Positions 20,476 to 30,179 of a DNA stretch of 64,000 bases are shown here, in pieces; position 1 is the stretch's first letter, and each line of letters opens with the position of its first letter. The translations under genes and the position numbers were made by a program. The stretch lies in assembly GCA_010024875.1 (NCBI GenBank), contig RGFZ01000010.1, forward strand, positions 4,728 to 68,727, read 5' to 3'. Source of the DNA: Oxalobacteraceae bacterium. GTDB taxonomy: Bacteria > Pseudomonadota > Gammaproteobacteria > Burkholderiales > Burkholderiaceae_D. The notes under the pieces are model-generated. The model was given only the letters and a program-made list of their open reading frames with translations, was not told the origin of the DNA and ran no database searches.

Positions 20476-21213
20476 TCAGCCCGGCAGGAAGGCAGCGAGC
20501 TGCTTTTCCAGATCTTTCGGATCTTCTTTTAGAGCACCATTGATCCAGCCGGTCATGTCGCCGACATAGATATCCTCTTCGCCACTTTGTATACCAGCGA
20601 GGATGGCCTGCGCGACTTCTGCCGTCGTGTTCTTCGGACCATCATAGCCTTTCGCCATATCCGTATCGACCGCACCTGTCATTACCGAATGCACGGCGGT
20701 CTTCTGTGCGGCCAGTTCAGCGCGCACACTCTCGGTCATGCGCAGATTCGCGCCCTTGGAAGCGCTGTAAGAGCCATACGCGGGAATCGTGGCTTTGGCG
20801 ACAATGGAGATCACGTTTACCAGGGCACCGCCGCCATTGGCCTTGAGCGCGGGTGCGAAAGCGCGGCACATGGCCAGCGTGCCAAAATAATTGGTTTCCA
20901 TCTCAGCGCGAGCCGCCTGCAGCGACGGCGCGGAAATGCAGCCGGACGCATGGTTGGAGCCCGCGTTATTGATCAGCAGGTTTACGTCCTTGCAGTGCGC
21001 GACGGCAGCCGCGACCTGCGCATCATTGGTGATATCCAGCTGCACCGCCTCGACCTTGCCTCCGCCCGCCGCAACCAGATCTTTGATGCCATCAGTATTG
21101 CGCGCCGCAGCATAGACTTTGCGCGCACCGGCGGCAACCAGCGCCTCCACAATGGCGCGTCCCACGCCGCGGTTGGTACCTGTAACGAGGGCTACGCTGT
21201 TCTTGATGTCCAT
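20476..21213 (-). CDS. Short-chain dehydrogenase/reductase
   Basis: Start MDIKNSVALVTGTNRGVG at 21213; NNAG, YSASK. Confidence 0.92.
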   Translation of the reverse strand: MDIKNSVALVTGTNRGVGRAIVEALVAAGARKVYAAARNTDGIKDLVAAGGGKVEAVQLDITNDAQVAAAVAHCKDVNLLINNAGSNHASGCISAPSLQAARAEMETNYFGTLAMCRAFAPALKANGGGALVNVISIVAKATIPAYGSYSASKGANLRMTESVRAELAAQKTAVHSVMTGAVDTDMAKGYDGPKNTTAEVAQAILAGIQSGEEDIYVGDMTGWINGALKEDPKDLEKQLAAFLPG

Positions 21214-21338
21214 CTTGTTTGTCTCCTTATTGTTATCGGTGTGGGTCCAGCCTTCGTATGCTACCGTATCGGGCGAAACCGGCGTGCAAGAAAATCGCCG
21301 ATGCCAGAATCCCTTCAAGATCGCCCCGAGGACATGAC

Positions 21339-22598
21339 ATGAAAAATAACAGTTCGCCTTCCATCACTTCCCGCATGGTCAAGATCGAAGCCAGCGACGG
21401 CAGCGGCAAATTCGGCGCTTATCTCGCCAAGCCCGCGTCTGGCAAAGGCCCGGGTCTCGTGATCGCGCAAGAGATCTTTGGCGTGAACGCCAGCATGCGT
21501 CAGATCGCCGATTACTACGCAGAAGAAGGCTACATGGTGCTGGTGCCTGACTTGTTCTGGCGTCAGAAGCCGGGCGTGCAGCTCGGTTACACGCCGGAAG
21601 ACTGGCAAAAGGCGTTTGAGTTCTATAAAGGCTTTGATGAAGACTTAGGCGTAGAAGATATTCAGGATGCGATCACCACGCTGCGCGAGATGAAAGGCTG
21701 CACCGGCGATGTAGGTGTGCTCGGCTTCTGCCTCGGTGGCAAACTCGCGTATCTGTCAGCCTGCCGCACCGATGTCGATGTCGCGATCGGTTATTACGGC
21801 GTTGGCATTGAGAATGCACTAAAAGAAGCAGAAGACATCGAATGCCGGCTGGTACTTCATATTGCCGGTCTAGACCAATACTGTCCGCCCGAGGCGCAAG
21901 AGAAAATCAAGAAACGCCTCGGCAAATACGAAGGCATGGAAATCTATGTGTATCCCGATGCCGACCACGCCTTCGCGCGTCCGAACGGCGAGCATTATCA
22001 CAAGCCGTCGGCACTGATGGCGCATCAGCGCAGTATCGCCGCGCTGCGCGAAGAAATCGGCCCGCACTACGATCTGTCCGCGCTATGGGACAAGCACTGC
22101 GAATATGAATTCGCGACACGCAACGTGGATGACACCATGGCAACCATGGTCGCTGAGCCCTATGTCAACCACATTCCAACCATGACAGGCGGTGTCGGTT
22201 ACAAGGATCTCTACCGCTTCTACAAGCATCACTTCGTCAACAGCAATCCGCCTGATACCTCGCTGGTGCCGATCTCGCGTACCGTGGGCACGAATCAGGT
22301 GGTTGATGAAATGCTGTTCTGCTTCACGCACACCTGCGAGATACCGTGGATGCTGCCCGGCATACCACCGACGGGCAAGCGAGTGGAAATTCCGTTGCTC
22401 GCCGTCATTAAATTCAGAGGCGACAAGCTCTATCACGAACACATTTATTGGGATCAGGCGAGTGTGCTGGTGCAGATTGGCTTGCTCGATCCGAAAGGAT
22501 TGCCAGTCGCGGGCATCGAGCAGGGTAAGAAACTGCTGGATGAATCTCTGCCATCGAATACCTTGATGGCGGCCTGGATGGAGTCTGAGGGCAAGTGA
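21339..22598 (+). CDS. Dienelactone hydrolase fused to C-terminal SnoaL/NTF2-like domain
   Basis: QEIFGVN, GFCLGG nucleophile elbow, DHAFAR; C-terminal HCEYEF...PYVNHIPT...HEHIYWDQASVLVQ. Confidence 0.88.
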   Translation: MKNNSSPSITSRMVKIEASDGSGKFGAYLAKPASGKGPGLVIAQEIFGVNASMRQIADYYAEEGYMVLVPDLFWRQKPGVQLGYTPEDWQKAFEFYKGFDEDLGVEDIQDAITTLREMKGCTGDVGVLGFCLGGKLAYLSACRTDVDVAIGYYGVGIENALKEAEDIECRLVLHIAGLDQYCPPEAQEKIKKRLGKYEGMEIYVYPDADHAFARPNGEHYHKPSALMAHQRSIAALREEIGPHYDLSALWDKHCEYEFATRNVDDTMATMVAEPYVNHIPTMTGGVGYKDLYRFYKHHFVNSNPPDTSLVPISRTVGTNQVVDEMLFCFTHTCEIPWMLPGIPPTGKRVEIPLLAVIKFRGDKLYHEHIYWDQASVLVQIGLLDPKGLPVAGIEQGKKLLDESLPSNTLMAAWMESEGK

Positions 22599-22637
22599 CA
22601 TCCGCCCTGCTCGGCTGATTCACTGCCGGATTCAGCA

Positions 22638-22717
22638 TGGGTCCTGGCCTGCGCCGGGATGACCGTTTTAAGTTCGGAAAATTTATTCATCGTCACCCCG
22701 GCGCAGGCCGGGGTCCA
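22638..22717. repeat. Inverted pair of 26-bp REP-like palindromic elements
   Basis: tgggtcctggcctgcgccgggatgac (22638-22663) and gtcaccccggcgcaggccggggtcca (22692-22717) are near reverse complements 28 bp apart; each is internally palindromic. Confidence 0.75.
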
Positions 22718-22767
22718 ACGTCGCTACTACCGACACCGACAAACATTCGCTGCACACAATCACTCAA

Positions 22768-23835
22768 ATGCTCATCGAACCTCTGCACAACCCTCGCCCC
22801 GTCGAACTCCCCGAGAACCCTGGCTTCGGCGTGATGTACACCAACCGCATGTTCATCCAGCAGCACACGCAGGAGCATGGCTGGCATGATCAGCGCGTAA
22901 CCGCTTTTGGCCCGATATCCATGCACCCGGTAGCGCAAGTGCTGCATATTGGTCTGGATATTTTTGAAGGTACCAAGGCTTATCGCCGCCCAGATGGCAA
23001 CATCAATCTGTTCCGAGTGGACCGCAACATGGCCCGATTGAATCGTTCCGCAGTGCGTCTGGGCATGCCACAGATCGATTCGGATACGCATATCGACTAC
23101 ATCGAAACCCTGGTGAAACTCGAGCATGAATGGGTACCCACCCTACCCGGCTGCTCGCTGTATATCCGCCCAGTGATCTTCAGCAGCGAGCCGACATTGG
23201 AAGTGCGCGTTGGGCGCGAGTTCATGCACTACATTTTCTTGAGCCCGGTGGGCCCTTACTTTGCGAAGGGATTCAATCCTGTGTCGGTGCACATCTCGCA
23301 TGAATATGTGCGCGCCGTGCGAGGCGGCACTGGCGAGGCGAAGACGACAGCCAACTACGCGGGCACGGTGTGGGTCGCGGAGCAGGTGCGCCAGCAAGGC
23401 TATCAGCAGGTACTGTGGCTGGATGCGATCGAGCGTCGCTACATCGAAGAAGTCGGCGCGATGAACATCATGTTCGTGCGCGATGGCAAGCACATCATCA
23501 CGCCGGCGCTCACGGGTAGCATTCTTCACGGCGTTACGCGCGAATCCGTGCTGCACCTCGCCCCTGACCTAGGCTTCACCATCAGCGAGGAGCGCATTGA
23601 TGTGGATGAGATGCTGGCCGACATAGAAAAAGGCCGCATCACCGAAGCCTTTGGTGTGGGCACGGCGGCGGTCGTATCACCGGTCGGGAAATTCGGCTAC
23701 AAGGGCAAAGAGTATCGGATCAATGATGAAAAGACCGGGCCGGTGGCGCAAAAACTCTACACCGCGCTGACGGACATCCAATATGGCCGTGCGCCTGATC
23801 CTTATGGATGGACTAGGCAAATCAAGGTCAATTGA
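22768..23835 (+). CDS. ilvE: Branched-chain amino acid aminotransferase (class IV)
   Basis: FEGTKAY, LYIRP, GTGEAKT..NY, EEVGAMN, ILHGVTR, GTAAVVSPVG. Confidence 0.93.
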   Translation: MLIEPLHNPRPVELPENPGFGVMYTNRMFIQQHTQEHGWHDQRVTAFGPISMHPVAQVLHIGLDIFEGTKAYRRPDGNINLFRVDRNMARLNRSAVRLGMPQIDSDTHIDYIETLVKLEHEWVPTLPGCSLYIRPVIFSSEPTLEVRVGREFMHYIFLSPVGPYFAKGFNPVSVHISHEYVRAVRGGTGEAKTTANYAGTVWVAEQVRQQGYQQVLWLDAIERRYIEEVGAMNIMFVRDGKHIITPALTGSILHGVTRESVLHLAPDLGFTISEERIDVDEMLADIEKGRITEAFGVGTAAVVSPVGKFGYKGKEYRINDEKTGPVAQKLYTALTDIQYGRAPDPYGWTRQIKVN

Positions 23836-23870
23836 GCACCGTCTAATAATAAAAACAATAGAGAGACCCC

Positions 23871-24671
23871 ATGAGCGACAACCTGCTGCTCAACCGAGAC
23901 GAAGGCGTCGCGGTATTGACACTGAACCGTCCGGATTCACTGAACAGCCTGTCGCTGCAAGCAGTGAAAGATCTGTTGAGCACGCTCAGAACTCTGCACG
24001 CCGATGAGAGCGTGCGCGCGCTGTTAGTCACCGGCGCAGGACGCGGCTTTTGCGCCGGCTGGCAGCTCGAAGAGGGCGGCGTGCCTGGCTTGCCGGATGA
24101 ATCCTTTGGCGTGCGCCAGGCGCATTTGATGGCGGAATATTTCAACCCGGTGATTCAGGCGTTTCATGATCTGCCCTTTCCGGTGGTGGCCGCCGTGAAT
24201 GGCCCCTGCGCGGGTGCGGGCGTCAGCATTGCGCTGGCTGCCGACATCGTGCTTGCTGCGGAGTCGGCGTATTTCATGCTGACCTTTTCGCCGCGACTGG
24301 GATTGATTCCTGATCTTGGCGCAACATGGAAATTACCACGACTGATAGGCTGGGCGCGCGCGCAGGCCGCGACTCTGCTTGGCGACAAAATGTCGGCCAC
24401 CGATGCCGCTGCCTCAGGCATGATCTGGCGCTGCCTGCCCGATGTTTCGCTGCTTGCTGAAGCGACTGCCGTCGTATCACGGCTGGCGAAAGGCCCGCCC
24501 GGCATCGCGCGCGAAGTGCGTCATGCCTATCACGCTTCATCGAACAACACACTGGCAGAACAGCTCGATTATGAGCGCCTTCGTCAGCGCGAATTGCTCG
24601 ATTCTGCCGCCTTCAATGAAGGCCTGAAGGCCTTTGCAGACAAACGATCACCTGATTTTTATAAAAAATAA
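23871..24671 (+). CDS. Enoyl-CoA hydratase/isomerase (PaaG-like)
   Basis: LNRPDSLN, GRGFCAG, AVNGPCAGAG, GLIPDLG. Confidence 0.9.
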   Translation: MSDNLLLNRDEGVAVLTLNRPDSLNSLSLQAVKDLLSTLRTLHADESVRALLVTGAGRGFCAGWQLEEGGVPGLPDESFGVRQAHLMAEYFNPVIQAFHDLPFPVVAAVNGPCAGAGVSIALAADIVLAAESAYFMLTFSPRLGLIPDLGATWKLPRLIGWARAQAATLLGDKMSATDAAASGMIWRCLPDVSLLAEATAVVSRLAKGPPGIAREVRHAYHASSNNTLAEQLDYERLRQRELLDSAAFNEGLKAFADKRSPDFYKK

Positions 24672-24695
24672 AAAGCGAATAACAAGGACATACGC

Positions 24696-25565
24696 ATGAA
24701 CTACGAGACACTCAGCTGCGACCTTTCTGAAAATATCCTGACCGTCACATTGAACCGTCCCGAGAAGCTGAATGCTTTTACGGTGACGATGGCGAATGAA
24801 CTGATCGATGTCTTCAACCAATCAAGCGACAATGATGAGGTACGCGCGATCATTGTCACCGGCGCAGGGCGTGCATTCTGCGCAGGCATGGACCTCGCGG
24901 TATCGGGCAATGTATTCGGGCTGGATGAATCACAGCATCCGACCATGAACGACATGAACGAGCGTCTCGACGACCCCGCGATCGTCAAGGGCGTGCGCGA
25001 TACGGGTGGACGCGTATCGCTGTCCATCTTCAACTGCAAGAAACCCGTGATCGGCGCGATCAATGGCGCAGCGGTCGGTGTGGGCGTGACGATGCAGCTG
25101 CCGATGGATATACGGCTCGCGTCGGAACACGCAAAGTTCGGCTTCGTGTTTGGCAAGATCGGTATCGTGCCCGAGGCATGCTCGACCTGGTTCCTGCCGC
25201 GACTGGTCGGCCTGTCAAAGGCAATGGAGTGGGTGCATACCGCCGAGGTCTTCGGCGCCGAAGAGGCTCACCGTGCCGGATTGGTGAAAGAAATACTACC
25301 CGCAGACCAACTGCTGACGCGGGCGCGTGAACTCGCCCGCACGCTGGCTGAACGCTCTCCGGCATCGATGGCGATGGCGCGCCAGATGATGTATCGGAAC
25401 AGTGCATTCAGCCACCCGCTGGAAGCACACAAGGTAGAGTCGCTGGCCATGTTCTATGCGAGCATTGAGGATGGCAAGGAAGGCGTTACTGCATTCACCG
25501 AGAAACGCAAACCAGCATTCAAGACAAAGGCATCTCAGATGCCGGATTTTTATCCGTGGTGGTGA
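24696..25565 (+). CDS. Crotonase/enoyl-CoA hydratase family protein
   Basis: LNRPEKLNA, GRAFCAGMDL, INGAAVGVG, GIVPEACS. Confidence 0.92.
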   Translation: MNYETLSCDLSENILTVTLNRPEKLNAFTVTMANELIDVFNQSSDNDEVRAIIVTGAGRAFCAGMDLAVSGNVFGLDESQHPTMNDMNERLDDPAIVKGVRDTGGRVSLSIFNCKKPVIGAINGAAVGVGVTMQLPMDIRLASEHAKFGFVFGKIGIVPEACSTWFLPRLVGLSKAMEWVHTAEVFGAEEAHRAGLVKEILPADQLLTRARELARTLAERSPASMAMARQMMYRNSAFSHPLEAHKVESLAMFYASIEDGKEGVTAFTEKRKPAFKTKASQMPDFYPWW

Positions 25566-25567
25566 CA

Positions 25568-26131
25568 TCACAACACCAGGTAGGTACCATCGGACCGGAC
25601 AGCGATGCTATTCTTTCGCTCCAAGATAACAGTGTCGCAGAGTGTCTGTAGCTCCTTGAAGGGTTTTACTATGTTTCCTTCACTGGTATGAATCTCCTGA
25701 TTCGCGATCGTGGTGAAATGGTTGTTTGCCACATTCGTACCCAGCGCAATAATGCAGCGAGGCTTGCTTGAGGATTGAGACGCCATGTCAAGCAGGTTCA
25801 GCGTGTCTTTGATTAAGTCAGACACGGAAAGATTGGAGCCCACCACATGCATCAAGGACCGCCGCCCATACGTTCTGGTGGTCTCATCGTAATTTGTGCA
25901 AAGTATGATCGCGCTGCAGTCAGCCATATCTCGGGTGAAGATCAATTCATCGTTGATAGCGGTTTTCATCCAGCCCATGTCGACCTCGATCGCACCCGGC
26001 TGTTTTATCCATTCATTGAATGCCTGCGGGCCAGCGCTCAGTTCTGGAATGTCGGATTTTTCAATCTTCGCAAGCGTATCTTCGATTGACGCCAGCAACT
26101 CTCCGTGCCTGGCGGGGTTGGCAGGTTTCAT
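25568..26131 (-). CDS. Hypothetical protein with CNF1/CheD/YfiH-like Cys-His motif (putative deamidase/hydrolase)
   Basis: ATG 26131 after GAGGT; MADCSAIILC...RSLMHV spacing resembles YfiH ADCxPxxL...H and CheD SCVxV...H; lower GC than flanks. Function is inferred. Confidence 0.55.
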   Translation of the reverse strand: MKPANPARHGELLASIEDTLAKIEKSDIPELSAGPQAFNEWIKQPGAIEVDMGWMKTAINDELIFTRDMADCSAIILCTNYDETTRTYGRRSLMHVVGSNLSVSDLIKDTLNLLDMASQSSSKPRCIIALGTNVANNHFTTIANQEIHTSEGNIVKPFKELQTLCDTVILERKNSIAVRSDGTYLVL

Positions 26132-26239
26132 TGACACCTCTGGAGAACTCTCTCGTGGAAATAAAGTTTCTAATTTGTAATACTTTCCACTGCTTCGTTC
26201 CGGAGGAAATGTGTTCTTGATGGGCTAGACAGTCGGAAA

Positions 26240-26362
26240 TTAGAGAGAATTCACAAAAGCGATCAGATCTTCTCGCTCCTGGGGCTTCAGCTTTGCAAAT
26301 TTGTCGCGTGAGGCTCTCGCCTCGCCGTGATGCCAGAGGTTCGCTTCGAGCACATTACGCGC
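26240..26362 (-). pseudogene. 3' remnant of a di-heme oxidoreductase (DHOR/DUF1111-type) gene
   Basis: Manual translation ARNVLEANLWHHGEARASRDKFAKLKPQEREDLIAFVNSL* matches the family C-terminus (ARxLxEAILWHGGEA...LIAFLNSL); no matching 5' part upstream. Confidence 0.7.
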
Positions 26363-26907
26363 CTGTGCGCAGCAAGGGTACCAGGCATTCTGCAGACTGC
26401 ACCTTGGTTAACAGACGCTCTGCCCGTTTGACCTCGACCTTGTCCTGATGACGTGGCGACATGACGGAGCTCAAAATCCGCTGAGATCGACGAGGTCTGT
26501 CTATCAATTAATCCACCCGATTATTACTTTTTAGATAATGATGTCTATCGCTTGATGTCTGGCGCTCGATGTGCACCACTTTCAGCCTCGGGTACATCAC
26601 CGGGGATCTCGACTTTCGTCAGCATGACAACCTGACTGACAACGAGCCCCGGCCTGAAAAACACAGCCTTATTATTGTCTTTTGGCGCACGTGGATACCG
26701 TATACTCGATTCAACACATTCAGACTTTTCGGAGAGTCTGAATGAGAAGGTCAGTGCTGCGGCACAGCATAAAAAGCCGCTTCAGTAAAAATAAACGCGA
26801 CAAGGGCAACACCCGATAGCATTGAAACGGCATGACGCTTCAGCTTGAATAAACGGCACGCGCCGGCACCCCACCGAACGATTGCTGATCATTTGGGAGA
26901 CAAGACC

Positions 26908-28197
26908 ATGAGCACCAAAGGCGACAAAAAAACCGACAACCCACAATCCCCTCAACCGCAGCGCCGCAAGCTGCTGCAAGGCGCGACCGCGATGGCGGGC
27001 ATGGCCACGCTGGGCTTTCCTTACCTGTCGTTCTCGCAGAACAAGCCGATCCGCGTCGGCATGCCGACGATCCTGTCTGGACGCGTCGCGATGCTTGGTC
27101 AATCGTCGACCAATGCCGCACAGATGGAAGTGGAAAAATTCAATGCCGCCGGCGGCCTCGGCGGGCGCAAGATCGAACTGGTGATCCGCGACTCCAAGGG
27201 CCAGCCGCAAGAAGCAGCGCGCGTTGCGCGCGAACTGGTGACCGCCGAGGGCTGTGAAATTATTTACGATGCCGAGGCGTCTTCGGGTGCCTTTGCGGTG
27301 CATGAAGTCGCACGCGATCTGGGCGTACTGGTTATTCATACCTGCTCGGAGACGTCGGCGTTGTCGGCTGATCCCAAGCTGCGCACGCCGCTGGCATTCC
27401 GCTGCGCGCGGCAGGGTGTGCACGATGCGGTGATTGGTGGCGCTTACGCAGCCAAAGTCGCGAAAGAAAAGAATCTCAAGCGATGGATGACCTGCTCGCC
27501 CGATTATGCGTATGGTCGCGACACGACGGCAGAATTTGTCGACTACCTGAAATACTTCAACAAGGATGTGGAAGTCATTGGCGATGTCTGGCCCAAGCTG
27601 TTCCAAGCCGACTACAGCGAAAACATCACGCGTCTGCTGCAGGGCAATCCGCAAGCGGTGTATTCGTGCCTGTGGGGTGGCGACCTGACCTCATTCATCG
27701 ATCAGTCGACTATCTACGCACTATTCAAGGACAAACAGTTCTTTGGCGTGAACATGGCCGACTATGCGGTACTGCATAACGTCAAAGCCGTACCTGCCGG
27801 CCTGCATTCGGGCAATCGTTATCTGAAGAGCTTCCCGAATAACCCAGGCAATACCGCGTGGTCGAATGCGTATCAGGCGAAATACAAAGACCTACCCCTG
27901 AACTGGGCCTGGCAGAATGCTGCGGGCATCCAGTTCCTCACCACAGCCATGAAAAAAGCCAACAGCGCGGATGGCAAAAAAATCGCCGCTGCACTCACCG
28001 GCCTCAGCATCGATTCGCCTTTCGGCGCCAATGGCAAGCTGACGATGCGCGCGGAAGACCACACGCTCGTCGACTACGCACTCGGCTGGGGCGAATTGTC
28101 CGGCAAAGAACCTTTCATGCCGAACCCGGTGCCCGGCAATTGGAAACAAATCGCCGAACTGGAAGCTGAATGGAAAAAGCGCAAGGGCTTCGCCTGA
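26908..28197 (+). CDS. Liv-type ABC substrate-binding protein with twin-arginine signal
   Basis: ATG 26908 after GGAGA; QRRKLLQG Tat motif, RDSKGQP, PDYAYGRD. Confidence 0.9.
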   Translation: MSTKGDKKTDNPQSPQPQRRKLLQGATAMAGMATLGFPYLSFSQNKPIRVGMPTILSGRVAMLGQSSTNAAQMEVEKFNAAGGLGGRKIELVIRDSKGQPQEAARVARELVTAEGCEIIYDAEASSGAFAVHEVARDLGVLVIHTCSETSALSADPKLRTPLAFRCARQGVHDAVIGGAYAAKVAKEKNLKRWMTCSPDYAYGRDTTAEFVDYLKYFNKDVEVIGDVWPKLFQADYSENITRLLQGNPQAVYSCLWGGDLTSFIDQSTIYALFKDKQFFGVNMADYAVLHNVKAVPAGLHSGNRYLKSFPNNPGNTAWSNAYQAKYKDLPLNWAWQNAAGIQFLTTAMKKANSADGKKIAAALTGLSIDSPFGANGKLTMRAEDHTLVDYALGWGELSGKEPFMPNPVPGNWKQIAELEAEWKKRKGFA

Positions 28198-28208
28198 TGT
28201 ACTGCGCT

Positions 28209-28236
28209 CGCTGCCCGTCGATGGAGACGGGCAGCG
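28209..28236 (+). other. Intercistronic stem-loop after the binding-protein gene
   Basis: cgctgcccgtc-gatgga-gacgggcagcg, 11-bp stem, no U-tract. Confidence 0.55.
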
Positions 28237-28305
28237 GATTGCGCAGCATGACTCGCTAGCTACTCTCATGCTGCACTTCACCCGCCTGCCTTCCCGGAGT
28301 ATTGA

Positions 28306-29214
28306 GTGAATCCCACTGCATTGCTTGAATGCGTGAGCTCGATGTCCTGCATCGTCACGCAACTGTCCACCGGCCTGATCGTCGGCGCGCTACTCTTCCT
28401 CGTGGCCGCCGGTCTGACACTGATCTTCGGCGTGTTGGGCATCGTGAATTTTGCGCACGGTTCGTTTTATATGCTTGGCGCCTATCTGGCGCTTACCGCC
28501 TATCGCATGTCAGGCAGTTTCGTCATCGCGATACTCGCAGCCGGTCTCGGCGTCGGATTATTTGGCCTGATCTTCGAGCGCTTCTTCATGCGACGCGTGT
28601 ATAACGCCGATGTGCTGATGCAGCTGCTGGTCTGCTATGCACTGGTGCTGATGATGGATGATGTAGTCAAGATCGTCTGGGGCGCGGAATTCCAGTCAAT
28701 GGGCATGCCAGACGCGTTTCAGGCGCCGCCGTTATTCATTCTCGGCGGCATCGTGCCGCTGTTCTACGTGTACCTCATCGGCGCAGCAGCGCTGATCGCG
28801 CTGGTGCTATGGGTAATCCTGAATCACACACTGATGGGCAAAATCGTGCGCGCTGCCGCACAAAATCCCACCATGACCTCGGCGCTGGGCCTGAACACCA
28901 GCCTGATCTATGCGGGCGTGTTCGCCTTTGGCGGCGCGCTAGCCGGTATGGCCGGCGGACTGGCAGCGCCGGTGAGATCAATGTCGCCGGGCATGGGCTT
29001 CTCGATCCTGATTGAATCGTTCATCGTCACCGTGATCGGTGGCATGGGTTCGGTCAGTGGCGCACTGGTGGGCGCCTTGCTGATCGGTCTGATACGCGCA
29101 TTCGGCACGATAGGCTTCCCGCTGTTTGTGGAAGGTCTGATGTTCATTGCGATGGGGCTGATCCTGATACTGCGACCCAATGGTCTGCTCGGCAAGGAGG
29201 GCAGGACCGCATGA
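28306..29214 (+). CDS. livH: Branched-chain amino acid-type ABC permease (LivH family)
   Basis: GLTLIFGVLGIVNFAHG, GGMGSV.GA; start could be 28342. Confidence 0.9.
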   Translation: MNPTALLECVSSMSCIVTQLSTGLIVGALLFLVAAGLTLIFGVLGIVNFAHGSFYMLGAYLALTAYRMSGSFVIAILAAGLGVGLFGLIFERFFMRRVYNADVLMQLLVCYALVLMMDDVVKIVWGAEFQSMGMPDAFQAPPLFILGGIVPLFYVYLIGAAALIALVLWVILNHTLMGKIVRAAAQNPTMTSALGLNTSLIYAGVFAFGGALAGMAGGLAAPVRSMSPGMGFSILIESFIVTVIGGMGSVSGALVGALLIGLIRAFGTIGFPLFVEGLMFIAMGLILILRPNGLLGKEGRTA

Positions 29215-30179
29215 AATCCTCCACCTTCCGCACTGATTTGCTGTGGGCACTGGCCGCGCTGGTGTTGCTCGCCCTGCTGCCTGCACTGACCTCATCGCGC
29301 GTAATGCTGGATTACGTGATCCGGCTCGCGGCGATGGGTATCTTTGCCACCTCGCTGAACATCCTGATCGGTTATGGTGGGCTGGTGTCCTTCGGCCATG
29401 CGATGTTTTTTGGAGGTGGGGCCTATGCGTTTGCGTTGATGATGCAAAAGACCGGCTCCAGCATCCCGGTCGCCATGCTGGTGGCAATCGCCTTCTGCGC
29501 AATCATGGGTCTGGTCGTTGGCGCGATCTGTGTACGCCTGAAAGAGATTTATTTTTCTTTCATCACGCTGGCTTTTCAAATGCTGCTCTATAGCGTGATC
29601 CTGACCTGGACCTCGCTAACCGGTGGCGATCAGGGCCTGACCGGTGGTATTCCGCGAACGCCCTTCCTTGGTATTCATCTCGCTGATCCGATCCAGTTCT
29701 ACTGGTTTGCCTGCGCGCTCGGCGTGGGCAGCCTGCTGCTGATGCGCACGCTGCTGCAATCACCGTTCGGCTACACGTTGCGCATGGTGCGAGATAACGC
29801 GGAGCGAGCGCGCTATCTGGGCATTGATGTGTGGCGAGTGAAGCTATACGCGTTCATTCTCGCGGCTTCATTGGCCAGCGTGGGTGGGGTCCTGATGGCG
29901 CTGTTTGTCTCCGGCGCTTTCCCTGAGTTTAGTTACTGGACGATGTCGGGCGAAGCGACCTTCATGATCATGATGGGCGGCCTGCACATGTTCATCGGCC
30001 CGGTGGTTGGCGCGGGTCTGCTGCTGCTGTTCAATGATGTGATCACCCGAAGCACGGAATACCACGGACTCGCGCTGGGCATCGTCGTGCTGCTGTTCGC
30101 ACTGGGTTTCAAGCGTGGCATCATGGATTTTGCAGAACAACTACTACAAACAATAAAAAAGAAGGAAGACAAGCAATGA
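29211..30179 (+). CDS. livM: Branched-chain amino acid-type ABC permease (LivM family)
   Basis: GYGGLVSFGHA, LTGGDQG, SPFG...RDN. Confidence 0.9.
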   Translation: MKSSTFRTDLLWALAALVLLALLPALTSSRVMLDYVIRLAAMGIFATSLNILIGYGGLVSFGHAMFFGGGAYAFALMMQKTGSSIPVAMLVAIAFCAIMGLVVGAICVRLKEIYFSFITLAFQMLLYSVILTWTSLTGGDQGLTGGIPRTPFLGIHLADPIQFYWFACALGVGSLLLMRTLLQSPFGYTLRMVRDNAERARYLGIDVWRVKLYAFILAASLASVGGVLMALFVSGAFPEFSYWTMSGEATFMIMMGGLHMFIGPVVGAGLLLLFNDVITRSTEYHGLALGIVVLLFALGFKRGIMDFAEQLLQTIKKKEDKQ

